64,000 nucleotides of DNA from positions 2,818,529-2,882,528 of the forward strand of contig JBNZDD010013717.1 of assembly GCA_050575255.1 (NCBI GenBank), read 5' to 3'. This document shows positions 1 through 12,640 of the stretch, one piece after another. The notes beneath the pieces are model-generated. The model did not search any database. It was not told the origin of the DNA and saw only the letters and a list, made by a program, of their open reading frames with translations. The first letter of the stretch is position 1, and each line of letters begins with the position of its first letter. A program made the translations under genes and the position numbers. The stretch is from Harriotta raleighana. Taxonomy: Eukaryota.

Positions 1-2869
1 TATTTTTTATTACTAAATGGCAAATGTTGATCTCGCAGCTGGATACCATCAGCACTTCAACGTTGTTTTACAACCAGCCGCTTTCACATTAAAACATTTT
101 TTTATTTTGCCAGTTGGTTTGTAATAAAGTCACGGAGGCTGTTGTATAGCTCATTCTCAGTTATGCCAAGAAGATATCATTGAAAAAATTAGCTTGTTCT
201 GATTATTGCCACAAGCAGCAAATTGTAGGCAGTTTGGTTATTGTTTTTGTTGGACAGAAATTGAGTATATTGCTTTGGAAATCTGGGGCCCTGCAATTTA
301 ATCTTTGTGGTATACCACGCTTGCAAAACTGCACTTTGGTATGTGTTCATGTTGTAATTGATGGAAATTTGAATGGGGCACCAACAAACAACTCTGTCAA
401 ATTGCATTTATATAGCAACTTTCACAACAAAAAAATCTGTATCAAAAGGATTTACAAGATTCAAATGCGCAGAGTAGTAATTTGCACAAGTACTTCATCG
501 TATAACTTTCTAAAAAAAGAAGAGGATTTCTCCTTGTGCAACAATTTTCTAGAAATTGGTCTTTCACCCCACCGCTATCGTGGGCCCTTGCTAGTGCAAA
601 TTGCTGCTGTGTTTCATCATTTTACCTTATTCATTATGATTACCCTCCACTAATATACAGTACTCTCCTCCCTGTCATATATGAAACCACAGTAATGTGA
701 GTATCAGGAGACACAGAGTAGCACTGTGGAACCTTACTGTCAATGTCTTCCTTTCCCCATTTATCACAATCTTCTGTTCATTTTCAAATCAGTTTCCAAT
801 CTTGATAACTTGCTATTAATTCGATATGTAATTTATTCTTTAAAGTCTCTAAAATGTGATAAAGCGCTATATCAAAATGCAAGGATTATTATTTAAAAGA
901 TTTGCATGCAAAAATGAATCCGATACCTCCTGAAAATCCATATAACTGATAACGACTGGTAACCCATCATTTAGTTAGGTTTTTCGGTGAATGTCAATGC
1001 CATGAGGCATGATCTTTTGTTTCTAAATCCATGTTTCCTGCTACTCTAAGGTCTTTAGTAAATGAAAAAGATAATGTCTTTAAATAATGCTTTCAAGCAT
1101 TATCCCTTTTGTTGATTTAACATGTTTACGATTTTGCTTCTGCTACTCACAATAATATGGGAAAGTGCTTTGAGATACTTTAACATTATCAGGATTAATT
1201 TCCTATTTTTCAGCACTGGGATACAGCCTTGCATTTCTGAATCTCCTAAAATGGTCTTCACCTTTGTTCCTATACATGATAATAGCGTTAACTTAACTCT
1301 CTTTTAACAACAAATTACATTTATAGAACACCTATCATGCAGGTTGCATCTTAATAAGGTCATCAATCCATGGTTTATTTTGCTTCTCCTGAAAAACAGA
1401 ATGCAGCCAACCTTATTAAATATGATTATTTATGTACATTTCTCTGTGCACATGCCTCACCACCGAGTATTCTATGACAATGTTTGCCCACCTACAGCCT
1501 GCTATTCCATCACCACAGGAACTATCACTTTGTTCTTTTCATGTCGTCTCCTCCACATTTGTCTTATGAGGTCTCCACACTATTTTCACTTACCTCATCC
1601 TTCTGACTCTGATATCCTGTCACGAAGCTGTAACATTTGCTGTTGTGCAGACAGCCATGCAGTCTGGAAACTAATTAGGGTCCCACTTTTACACTGCTTA
1701 TTTCTATGGAATTGTGCAATCCACTATTTTCAGCCGGTTACTTCTTCGCAGTTGACTAAGCCAGCATGACAGCTCATTGATTTGCTGATATACAGTATTT
1801 TTTATTTTTTATTTAAAAAAGAGAGTTAATAAGAACGCTTGCACATAAGATCTGATTGATTAATTTAGCTCAGCTGCTAAAGCTTTATTAAGTGTAACTG
1901 TTGTTGAAAAAGAAGTTTCAAAATGAAATGATGGATAGTTGAATATCATTGTTATTCATCGGGATTGCTATAACCCTTTGGGACTTGTACTGATTAGGAA
2001 ATCAAGTTTAGTCCCTGGACTTCAGAGAAGTTGGTGGCAAGTTTAGTGCTGTAAAGGACAATTACAGGACAGGTACCAGAAAGTACTGTGTTTTTGTTAC
2101 CCAGAGGATAATTAATGACTGGAACAAGTTACCCGGTTTAGAACAATACTGGACTTATTCTTGGGAGAACCCCTTAACTCAACTTTAATTGACACATTAC
2201 CAATTATTAAATTTAAACCCCTTTTTAGACCTCTTTCTAGCTTTCTATTTTAATTGGTGTCTTATAAACCCCTGACTTTATTCACAACGCTTTGAGCATT
2301 CATATATAAATTAGTGTCAGACAGGCTTAGATGGTAGCATTCTAGCTTTTTGTGGAATACTGTTCAGCACAATTTCATTGCTACATTTACCTTCAAATAC
2401 ACCGTCACTCCAGTTCACAGTAAATCCTGTAAAGCACTTTAAATTGCCTTCCTGACTTTGGCATTATACCAAATGCAAAGATTATTATTATGATTATAAA
2501 CACTTTAATCCTGAATCGTTTATCCTCCTTGGAATACTCTTATTTAGAATATAAACACTGACACGGGCTAATTGGGTCAATTGGCTTGTTTCCATGTTAT
2601 ACAATGTATATAAATAGAAACATAGAAATCTATAGTGCAGAAGAAGGTCATTCGGCTCATTAAGTCTATATCATCTTATAGAGCCAGGAAATTCCCCTCC
2701 CACCATGTTTCAGCCACATACCACTTTAAGACCCTCCCTTTCACATTGCCTGTCTACTTCCCTCTTGAAAATTACATAACATCCATGTATTTTCTCCTTA
2801 TTTATTTATCATATGATATGTCTATTATTATATCCACAACTAAAATCAGGATATGTAGAATTTTGTGAA

Positions 2870-3420
2870 AAGTAAAATATTGGATTATAAAGAATGATTA
2901 GGAAACCAAAAGCATAGCAGTGAATCACATTTTATCAGGCTAGTAAGCGATGCTTCACAAGGATCCGTGTTAGAACATCTACTGTCCATCTTATATATAA
3001 AGATTCGGACTCAAGTATAGGAGGAGAGGTATCAACATTTTCAAATGACACCAATTTGGGAGAGAGGGCATGGTAAACAGTAAAGGGGATTGTAGAAGAA
3101 TGGAGGAAGTCATAAACAGGCTAGCAGAATGAGCAGCCAGATGTCCAATGGAGTTTAATGTAGGAAAATGCAAATCAGTTCACCTCAACAGGAAAAATAA
3201 AGAAGACACTTATAGTCTAGATATAATAATAATCCTTGCATTTTATATAGTGCTTTTCACATATTTTAGTGAATTGACTATTTATATGTGCTGGGAACAG
3301 AGAACGAAGAGATCTTGGGATCTGCAAATTTCTATAAGTTGCTACTTGGGTAGATAATGCTAGAAAAAGGCCAATCTAGAGGAATAAAGAAAAAAATGAG
3401 AAGTTGTACAATATTTTCAG
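2870..3420 (+). mobile_element. Degenerate CR1 LINE RT fragment, interrupted by a SINE tail at about 3225-3290
   Basis: cacaaggatccgtgttag (PQGSVL-like), ttcaaatgacaccaatttggg (FADDTKLG-like), and MEFNVGKCK in ORF 3148..3357. Confidence 0.75.
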
Positions 3421-3504
3421 TACTGAATCTCATAAGAACATAAGAGGTAAGAGCAGGAGTTGGCCATTTGGCCCCTTGAGCTTGCCTCGCTATTTAATAA
3501 GACG

Positions 3505-3675
3505 TCTTCAGTGTTCCACAAACAATCATGGATTGAAATGACCAATTAAGTATTTTTTTTTGAGGGATTATTATTAGCCACATGAAAGTAAGGAAACTTG
3601 CCCAAAGTTTCACCCTGCCTGGAATTAAACCCAGTTCTCTCGCTTGCGAGTGCTCTAACCATTGAGCTGGAGGAC
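3505..3675 (-). mobile_element. tRNA-derived SINE, 5' half
   Basis: The minus strand reads agctcaatggttagagcactcgc (A box) ... gggtttaattcc (B box) ... ggcaagtttccttact, the same head as the copies at 10300, 23345, 40893 and 56195. Confidence 0.8.
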
Positions 3676-4754
3676 GCCACGTAAATTCCAAATAAAGCAG
3701 TGGGGCAGGTTTTAATGGAATAATGAAAGCAGGAAGGAAAAATGGGTCAGATCCATTTAAATGAAACTCACAGTGCAAACAGTATCTTGATACTCCCTTG
3801 AAGGGCAAGTAATTGATGTGATTGATGTTGAGAGAACTCTGCTCTGACTCCAGGTTACCTCACAGCCGAGTTCTTACTGGTCAGTGTGAGCCATAAGAAA
3901 TGTAACTATACTTCCCCAAAACTCTTTTACTGGCATTCATGCCATTTAAACAACAAATACTTTTTGAGTACTTTTTCAATCATATTCTCTGCATGGCAAG
4001 TATCCAATGCTATGATGGGATCAAATATTTGCTCAAACCAGGAGAAAATCAACCAGTGTAAATGGCACACCATTAGCTGAGTGAATATTTGAGGTCATCT
4101 GTCCAGCGCCTTGGGACGTCCTCCTGACGTGAAACGCGCTCTATAAATGTAATTTTGTTGTTGTTGTTGTTGTTGTCATCGATGTGACACATTTTTGAAA
4201 ATATCCAGCTTGGGGTTAGTTTGCATTGCAGGATAATTCTTTCTATCCCACGTTTGTTTTGAATCTTCTTTGGCAATAGTTTCACTATACTTTGATTTCA
4301 TTGGTGCACCAATCTGTAGAGACGTCTTAGCAGTTCTTAGCAATCCTTTTGGTTCAAGGTAAATTCAAGATCCTGTATAGTGACCTGAAACTATCGACTT
4401 TGAATTTCAGTTTGGGTCAAGTAAACAAGAGTGCTTCGAACTATTTGGAGTCTCCAGATTTGCTTGGCAATCAAAGAAATATCCATTGAACAGCTGGAAA
4501 ATTGTATCATTAAACTTGCAGAACTGCTGAACTTTCAGATCCAAATATTGGCTCTTCAACTGTTGGGGGGAAAAAAACGTTTGAAAATATATACCTCTTC
4601 AATTGTATTTTGCCAATGTTTACTCTCCTCAAAGTCTTTGGCTCTGCACCCAGCTCCACCTTGGAGGATTTTAACTGTGAAGCGTCCTTCTGATGTGAAA
4701 GCAGCTACACATAACAATAATAATCCTTGCATTTGATGTATTCAATTGAATTGA

Positions 4755-5178
4755 ATCATTCAGAGGATTCAATTCAAGATCCTGGTCCTCATCTTGATAG
4801 CCGTTCATGGGCCTCACCCTATCTCTGCGACCTCCTATACCCCTACTACCCGTCTGCTCCCTCCACTTAGCAGACTTCGATCTGCTCCATGTCCCCAACC
4901 CACCCGCCCCACCAACAGCGGACGAGCCTACAGCCACTCTGCCCCCAACCTTTAGAATTCAATCCTGCAATCCTTCTGCCTCACCCCCTCCCTAGTCTCC
5001 TTCAAGTCCCACCTCAAGACCCTCCTCTTTGACAGTTCCATTGGTCATCCTCCCTTCCCTCCACCCTCCCGATCACAACATCAGCTCGGGACTGAAAGAA
5101 AGACTGTCAGACCAGGGCCTTGGCACATTTTCCTGACGTGAACAGTGCTATAGAAATGTAATTTTATTGTTGTTGTTG
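4755..5178 (+). mobile_element. L2 LINE 3' fragment inserted into the tail of a minus-strand SINE (SINE pieces about 4710-4740 and 5179-5260)
   Basis: ggattcaattcaagatcctggtcctc (RIQFKILVL), ttcaagtcccacctcaagacc (FKSHLKT), tail tgctatagaaatgtaattttattgttgttgttg. Confidence 0.85.
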
Positions 5179-5769
5179 CAGCACCTTTTCATGTTTTCGA
5201 GACATCCAAAATGCTTCACAGAATATACCGTAAAGTGAATTGACAATATTTTGTGAGTGGAATTCCCAAAATATAATAAATTGTCTTGTACCATTTCAAA
5301 CCATAACTCCAAAACGATAGGGAGAAATTATTGCAAGAAATAATTTTTTAAATGTCTCAAATTTTACCCCATAATGGTTTGTTGCAGTCAAAATTAACGG
5401 CCATATAATTTGATGGTAATCTAATCTGTTTGGTGCATACATGGATAGACATTACAATAAACATGTAGCTTTGATGTTCCTTGCACTGTGAGAAAGCTAT
5501 GTATTCTGACAAATATGTTCAAAATATTTAAATTTTTGCTGGTAATTTCAAATGTGTAAGGACATAGTCCTGCAAACATATGCAACAATAATTTGTGCAG
5601 AACTATTTAGCTAATTTCCAATTATCCATCATTCATGCTTTTGTCCATATAATTGCTTCATATTCTTTTAGCCATGTTAGGAATAGTTTATGGATTTCTC
5701 CCATTCCTTAAATTCACTACAATAATAATTTAATATAATAAATGATAATACAGTAGTTGTATAATGATT

Positions 5770-6180
5770 TAGGAGGAGGTCACGTATTCTTTGGAGGCTT
5801 TTAAAGACAAATGAGAGGGAGTTCCAGAAGGCTGGGTTTTGTTGTCACAGGTGGGTCATTGGCAGAGAGTAATACAATGCAGGCCCGAGTTTGTGTGGTG
5901 GAGGGGGTAAGCAGGAGAGTGAGACTGGGACAGGGGATAAGGAAGGGACAGTGGCATGTAGGGATTTATAAGTGGGAATGAGGATGTAGAAGTGAATCTG
6001 CTGCAAGAAAGTTGAGCCTGGTAAAGATAAGGCTAATGGGCAAGAGAAGCTTAGTATGACTGAAGTTTAGATAAGCAGGTGCTTGTGGAAGGTAGAGCTG
6101 AGGAGGCCGTTGAGGAGGGCTTATGTGGAAGTCTAGGCTGGAGGTAATGAGGGTCTGGTGAGGTTTCAGCCATATTGGCA
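5770..6180 (-). mobile_element. Old L2 LINE fragment
   Basis: Purine-rich + strand with gagggagttccaga and gtctaggctggaggtaatgagg (reverse: LITSSLD), typical of the L2 ORF2 C-terminus. Confidence 0.6.
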
Positions 6181-6334
6181 ATAAGATAAGATGGAGACTA
6201 ACACCAGAGTAAAACTAAAGTAAATAACCCTACATTATGTTTGCCTTCCCAAATGCATGGAATTTGTGGCTTTGATTTCTTGGTGGAACCAGCCAAAGCT
6301 CCTTTCTTCCAAAAAAACAACACTGACGTTGTGA

Positions 6335-6665
6335 GCAGAACTATGGCGAATGGAGTTGAACAATGTAAAGTGTGGGATAGTGAAGTCTGAACATGAGCAA
6401 CGTTCATGGAAATACATCTTAAATGGAGAGCTCCAGGGATCGATGAAGAAAAGGATTTCGGCATCCAAGTAGATAAATCAGTCAAATGTGCACAAACTAA
6501 TCTAAAAGTCTAATGGAATAATGTAATTTATAACTAAAGTCTGGAATGCTACGAGGTGCTACACCAGAGTTCTCTGGTCAGTCCTCATTTGGAATATTAT
6601 GTTGAATGTTGTGGCACATACCCTTAGTAAGCTGTACTAGGCTAGAAAGGCAACTAAGAATGATT
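6335..6665 (+). mobile_element. Degenerate CR1 LINE RT/thumb fragment
   Basis: tggcgaatggagttgaacaatgtaaagtgt (W.MEFN..KC-like), ctggtcagtcctcatttggaatatt (LVRPHLEY-like). Confidence 0.7.
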
Positions 6666-6914
6666 TACTTGATTGTTCATCGGGGGGCTTGGAAGCCTAA
6701 GCACTGATGGATTTGGTGATCCTAGCTAGATAAACAGAGGGCTCTCAATGACAAGCTATTCATTTTTCACTGGTTAAACTTCAGCAGTACCACAATGTAC
6801 ATACTGGGATCCCCAAAATTTGGCTCTTATCAACCTGGAAGATACCTGGGCTTTATTCCCGACAGGGCAAAACCTTGGGCAAGTTTCCTTACTCCACATG
6901 CCTGATAATAATAA

Positions 6915-7525
6915 TTTAGATATGTTAAGATCTATTTCCTCATTTAAATAATGGATATAGACTGTACATAGGTGAGGCCCAAGCACTGATTCTTGTGGCA
7001 TTCCACGAGTCACATCCTGCCAATCTGAGAAGGACACGTTTATCCCTACTCTCTGTTTTCTTCCTGATAGCCACTCTCCAATCCATGCTAACATATTAGC
7101 GTACCTTTAATCCAATGGGCCCTAATCTTATGTAACAGCCTTTTATGTGGCACCTTATTGAATACCTTCTGAAAATCCAAATACACTGCATCCACTGGTT
7201 TCCCCTATCTAACCTAATAGTTACATCCTCAAAAAACTCTAAAAGATATTTTAAATGTGATTTCCCTTTTGTAAAGCCGTGCTGACTCTGCCTAACCATG
7301 TTATGATTTTTTTAAGTACCCCACAACGACTTCCCTAATTAAGGACTCTAGAATTTTCCCTACCACCGATGTCAGTCTATAGTTCCCAATTTTTTCTCTC
7401 CCACCCTTCTTAAATAGTGGCATTAGGTTTGCAACCTTCAAACCAATGGAAACTGTTCCAGAATCCAGGGAAATTTGGAAGATCAAAAATAATGTATCCA
7501 CCATCTCTGCAGCCAACTTCTTTTT
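6915..7525 (-). mobile_element. CR1 LINE RT fragment
   Basis: ORFs 7301..7516 (PLFKKGGREKIGNYR, TSVVGKILES), 7096..7299 (SQHGFTKGKS) and 6774..7094 (WLSGRKQRVGIN, GMPQESVLGP); frameshifted. Confidence 0.92.
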
Positions 7526-7681
7526 AGTTCATTCCAATAAATATCTTGGGAATTTCTATGTGTGGGTGGGATCCATGGAACTCAGTTTGGTTTTGATGGA
7601 TTCTTAAGCATCATGATAGGTTTTCTTCTGTGCTAGTCCAGCCCTCACCGCCCACCAAAAAAAAATCCCCTGATTCGTACC

Positions 7682-9283
7682 CACTTGTCAGTTGCCAAAT
7701 CCTACAGCCAGCCACATTAGCACATCACTGCTGATAAAATGCCAAAGTGATATGATGGGCTACATGGCCTTCTCTGTTCCTATGTTCTTAGGATTCTAAG
7801 AGAATCAAAAAATTTCAACTTCATAGAATTATACTGAAGGAGGTCATTCAGCCCATTCTGTGTGTGCAGGCTCTTTGAAAAGAGCTGTCCAAATCAATGC
7901 CACTCCCCTGGTGCCTGGAACTGAACACTGTACTCAAGCTAAGGCCTAACCTATCTTTTATAAAAGTTCATCATAACTTCCTTTTATATCCTTGGGATGT
8001 CTTCCCGACCTGTAATGTGTTGTTGTTGTATTATATGCCCCTATTTATAAAGCCTAGTATCCCGTATGCTTTTTTTGACAACTATCTAACTGTCCTGCCA
8101 CCTTCAAATATTTATTTATATTCATCCCCTTTAAGATTCCACCATCTGGATTATACTGCTTCTCATTATTCCTTTTAAAATGCATTACTTTGTAATTATC
8201 CACATTAAACTTCATCCACCCACTTTACCAGTCTGTCTATGTCTTCTTACAGTCGGGTACTATCTTTCTCACTGTTTACTACTTTTCCCAGCTTTGTATC
8301 CTCTGCAAACTTGGAAATTGTACTCCCTATACCTAAATCCAGATCATTTATATAGACCAAAAACAGTAGTGATCCCAATACCGACCCCTAGGGGATACCA
8401 CTGCGCACTTCCTTCCAATCAGAAAAAAACAACCACCATTCTCTGCTATCTATCTCCCAGCCATTTCCGTATCAATTCTGCCACTATCTCCTTAATACTG
8501 TGGGCTTCTATTTTGCTCACAAGTCTCTTGTGTGTTACTTTATCAAATGCCCTTTGAAAATCAATATGAACTACCTCACAACTGCACTACTGTCATCCAC
8601 CCTCTCAGTTACTTCATCAAAAAACTTAGCAGGATTGTTAGACATGATTTGCCTTTAACAAATTTATGTTGGCTGTCCTTTATTAACTCATATTTTTCTA
8701 AGTGAAAATTTATTTTGTTCCAGATTATAGACTGTAGAAGTTTCCCCACTAGTTGTTAGAAAATGGAATTGAAAGAATTAGTAGAGGTACAGATCAGCCA
8801 TGATCTAATTAAATGGCAGAACAGGCTCGAAGGGCTGAATGGCCTACTCCTGTTCCTATGCATCTATGTTTCTATGATTGGTCTATGGTTCGCGGATTTG
8901 TCCTTTTGCCTATTAGATATATTTTTGGAGCGGTCACAATAAGTGTAAATACTTGCAATGAGTGAATAATTACAAAGGATTTCAATTTGATATGAATGAA
9001 AGGTTTAAAACATCTTGTGAATATAAAATACAGTTAGAGATTATTGTAGCTAATGAAACTGTCTAGGACTGGGAGATACAACCTGAGGCATTTTTCAAGG
9101 AGCCGGCACAAATAACATGAAGATCTAGTTCATGCATGACCCACCTGGCTAGAAGCCAGCTTGTTTTTCATGGAGTTTTCCTATTGTTTCCTCGAATCCA
9201 ACAAGCACAAGACCTTGCTAGGAGCTAACATCAGCAGTGATGTGCTAATGTGGCTGGCTGTAGGATTTGGCAACTGACAAGTG
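7682..9283. repeat. Perfect 54-bp inverted repeat, arms 7682-7735 and 9230-9283
   Basis: cacttgtcagttgccaaatcctacagccagccacattagcacatcactgctgat is the exact reverse complement of 9230-9283; checked base by base. Confidence 0.95.
7822..8755 (-). mobile_element. CR1 LINE 3' part with internal deletions
   Basis: Tail catagaattatactgaaggaggtcattcagccc. The block cctatttataaagcctagtatcccgtatgc is shared with the CR1 at about 42920; gaccctaggggatacc is reverse GIPQGS-like. Confidence 0.88.
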
Positions 9284-10299
9284 ACAATACAATATTTATA
9301 AAAATCAAACAGAACAAAATCATGTACTGGTATTCCACGTTATCTAGGATGGAAAGAGCTATAACTTGGCTAGGTTTGCTTATAAAAACGAACATTTTTT
9401 CTTGTCAAACTCTACTTCTGTACTTTAAGAATGAGAGGAAAAATATAGAATTTTACCTGCCTTTCCAAGGTTTGTGACTGTTTTCGATCAATCTGATAAT
9501 TGTCATTGGTGGTAATATTATACACCACATTTTCTAATTGCAGTACTTCATATTGACTCTCACACCAGTGAATAATTTTCCCCTTCAGTTTTGCAAAGCA
9601 AAATGATAAAAATCCTGGTTTTAGGTGCAGCATATGCACTGGATTATTTGAGCTACATAAGCAACAAATTTGGGATGTGACATCAGTTCACAAATATCTG
9701 TGTTTCCATCAGAAATCAATGTTTGTGGATGTGACCTGAATTTCAAACAAAATATCAAAAACATGAAACAAGGTGAACATTGGAAATTATACTGTGTAAT
9801 TTTATCTGAAATATTGAGATGAATCCATTGCTAAGATATGCTTTTTCCCACCTGCTGCCAAACACCTTCAGACTTACTTCATCTGGCAAATTGTTTATGA
9901 GTCTGCAGAGAAATGGAACACTTCTGGTAATGCCGAAATGGAATTTCATCTTTATCACACATATTCAATATGCACATCTTATTAGTCAGACATCTGTCAT
10001 TGCTTCTGGAAAATGTTCAGTATTTCTTTATCACCCAATGTTTGAGTGAGAATTTGATAATTCAGCAGGTAATGGGGTAAAATATTTATTGGAAACTGTT
10101 GAGAATAAGAGTGGGGAAATTACTTTAATTGACCAAGGATGCTAAAGAGAAAATCTCCGAGTTGCATTATGTGTGTGTTAGTTACTGTAGAAACTACAAA
10201 AAATACTAAATAAGAAAGGGCTATTTGGCCCAACGAATCTGCTTCTTTTGCATACTTGGCAAAAACCTATCCCCAACTCACTCAGGGTTACAGATGAGA

Positions 10300-10715
10300 T
10301 TATAATAAGAATCTTTGCATTTGATATACAACAACAAACAACAAAATTACATTTATAAAGCGAATTCCACGTCGGGAGGATGTCCCAAGGCCCTGGATAT
10401 CGCACCTTATCATGTCTTTGATAGTCTCAAAGCGCTCCACAGAATGTACTGTAAAGTGAATTGAATGCATATTTGTGGGCGAAATGTGGCAGCCAGTTGC
10501 ACACAGCAGTGTCCCACAAACAGTCATGGATTCAGTCCCTAATTTATTATTTTTTAATTTATTATTACCCATAGAAAAAGCAATCTGCCAATCGACTAAT
10601 AACCAGTAAGTTCCTACTTACTGCTTGTGGAATAAGGAAACCTACTCAACATTTCGCCCAGTAAGGAATCGAACGCCTTGTGAGGCAAGTGCTCTAACTA
10701 CTCAGCCACAGCACT
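10300..10715 (-). mobile_element. Near full-length tRNA-derived SINE carrying an L2-tail insertion (10328-10395)
   Basis: (AAT)n tail, Deu-like core gcagccagttgcacacagcagtgtcccacaaac, head gtgctctaactactcagccacag. The insertion is flanked by a GATAT duplication. Confidence 0.88.
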
Positions 10716-11831
10716 CCACAGGACTGGTAAAAACACATTTCTTAAATCTTAAAATCAATTTAGCAATATACACCCATCCGCATATTTCTCCCATTCAACC
10801 CAGAACTGCAATCTCCCGACCCCAGCAGTACAGAACTAATACATTATGGAGTATTTCCACATCTTTTCAACGACAAAGTTTCACCCATAAAATACACAGT
10901 GAATTCACTTTACAGTATATTCTGTGAGGCACTTTGAGATGTCTCAAAGAAGTGATCAGGTGCTATATGAAAAACAAGGATTATTATTATGATTATCTTA
11001 GTCGGTACCCATCTCTATACTTTTCAACCCAGGCTACATGATTTTACAACACCTTAATAATAAAGGTTCAGTATGTAAATTTTAAATATTCAGTTTTTAA
11101 TATGTTAAATAGTATTTACTCAGTTCTAATAGTGCCACTGAGGTGTGGTTCCAAATTTCATCAGGGCAAGGGCAAGAACAATCAGTTCCTGGACAGCTTT
11201 CCTTAGTGAAAATATGATTGAACTTTCACGAGAGCTGCTGGGTTTTTATATTTATCATTTGTCAATTTTCTTCCTGAATTTGTGCAGGGAGATTTGTGCA
11301 TTGATTTAGTTTCTGTCTCTTTCCATATACTTAAGAACCTTTGAAAGTTGTTTTCCAAATCCCTGACTGACCAGGACCTTGGAACATTCTCTCTACGTGA
11401 ACGGTACTTTACAAATATAATTTGTTGTTGTTCTTTTACTCGATTTAGAGTAAAATGGCAGCAAAATTCAATTTTTTCTCTCCTTTGGTCAACCCAGTGT
11501 TTGAAATGTTTAAAACCATCACCATGTTTTAGAGTATTCATACCAGACTGAGACTTCTGTATTATGCAAACCACTTACACTTGGCAATTTCCATTGTCTG
11601 GAATGGAGTGCTTACTCTTTCCCTGGAGGGTTATGTTTTTATTTTTAAAATTTATATATTATATTTATATAGCGCCTTTCACGTCAGGAGGACATCCCAA
11701 GACGCTGTACAGTCAAGTGGGGGGAGGGGTCGGGGGAAGAAAAGCAGGAAAATACTGACTGTATATTTGTGGGCGAATATACCCTGCTTATCTAATACTG
11801 GGAAATATTTAGCACAGATTGGCAAGAGCTA

Positions 11832-12215
11832 TATCTTGGGAGTTGGGATACTGCTGTTTAACCAGTTAAAACCTCTTAGCTTGCCATTCAGAGCACTACC
11901 TGGCAAGCGTCCAGCTACTTGTCCAGCTAAGACAAGTGAATTGTGGGTTTAACGTGAGCAGCGTAATTGTGGGTTTAACGNTATCTTGGGAGTTGGGATA
12001 CTGCTGTTTAACCAGTTAAAACCTCTTAGCTTGCCATTCAGAGCACTACCTGGCAAGCGTCCAGCTACTTGTCCAGCTAAGACCACCCAACCAAATACAG
12101 CTTTGAATTGTGGGTTTGACANACCTGGCAAGCGTCCAGCTACTTGTCCAGCTAAGACAAGTGAATTGTGGGTTTAACGTGAGCAGCGTAATTGTGGGTT
12201 TAACGTGAGCAGCGT
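11832..12215. repeat. Old dispersed repeat of unknown class, artefactually triplicated around N at 11981 and 12122
   Basis: Exact re-starts of sequence follow each single N. The core cttgtccagctaa(g/a)accaccc recurs at about 25995 and, reversed, at about 32305. Confidence 0.75.
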
Positions 12216-12217
12216 AA

Positions 12218-12640
12218 TATAATAAGAATAATACTCCTTGCATTTGATGTAGCGCTTCTCACGTCTTCTAGTCATCTCAAAGTGCTTCACAGAACACAAC
12301 AATAACAAAATTACATTTATAGACAGTAAATTGAATTGACTGTATATTTGTCAAAGGGTTTAAAGGGATTAAGGGATATGGGGATAAGGTGGGTAGTGGA
12401 GTTAGAATAGATCAACCATGATCTTATTGAATGGTGGGGCAAGCTCAAGGGGCCGAATGGCCTACTCCTGCTCCTAATTCTTATGCTCTTATGAAACACG
12501 GCAGCCAAATGCGCACAGCAGTGTCCCACAGTCGTGGATTGAAATGACCAATTTTTTTTTTTTTTTGAAGGATTATTATTAACCATGTGAAGTAAGGAAA
12601 CTTGCTCAAGATTTCACCCTGCCAAGAATTGAACCTAGTT
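12218..12640 (-). mobile_element. SINE interrupted by an L2 tail (about 12297-12322) and a + strand CR1 3' end (about 12350-12492)
   Basis: SINE tail, core and head motifs flank the CR1 tail ggggccgaatggcctactcctgctcctaattcttatg. Confidence 0.85.

Noticed and set aside
180-653. 157-aa ORF with a segment (VGQKLSILL..LCGI) faintly like SLC35F1 exon 2
   Set aside because: It lacks the rest of the exon-2 peptide and suitable splice sites, and runs through L2 and SINE remnants; chance ORF.
3620-3675. tRNA-like A and B boxes here and in other SINE heads
   Set aside because: No complete cloverleaf, and always attached to a SINE body; not tRNA genes.
11949-12215. Short direct repeats (aattgtgggtttaacgtgagcagcgt) resembling a repeat-spacer array
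   Set aside because: Eukaryotic intron, no unique spacers, no cas genes. Explained by N-junction duplication plus a short tandem copy.
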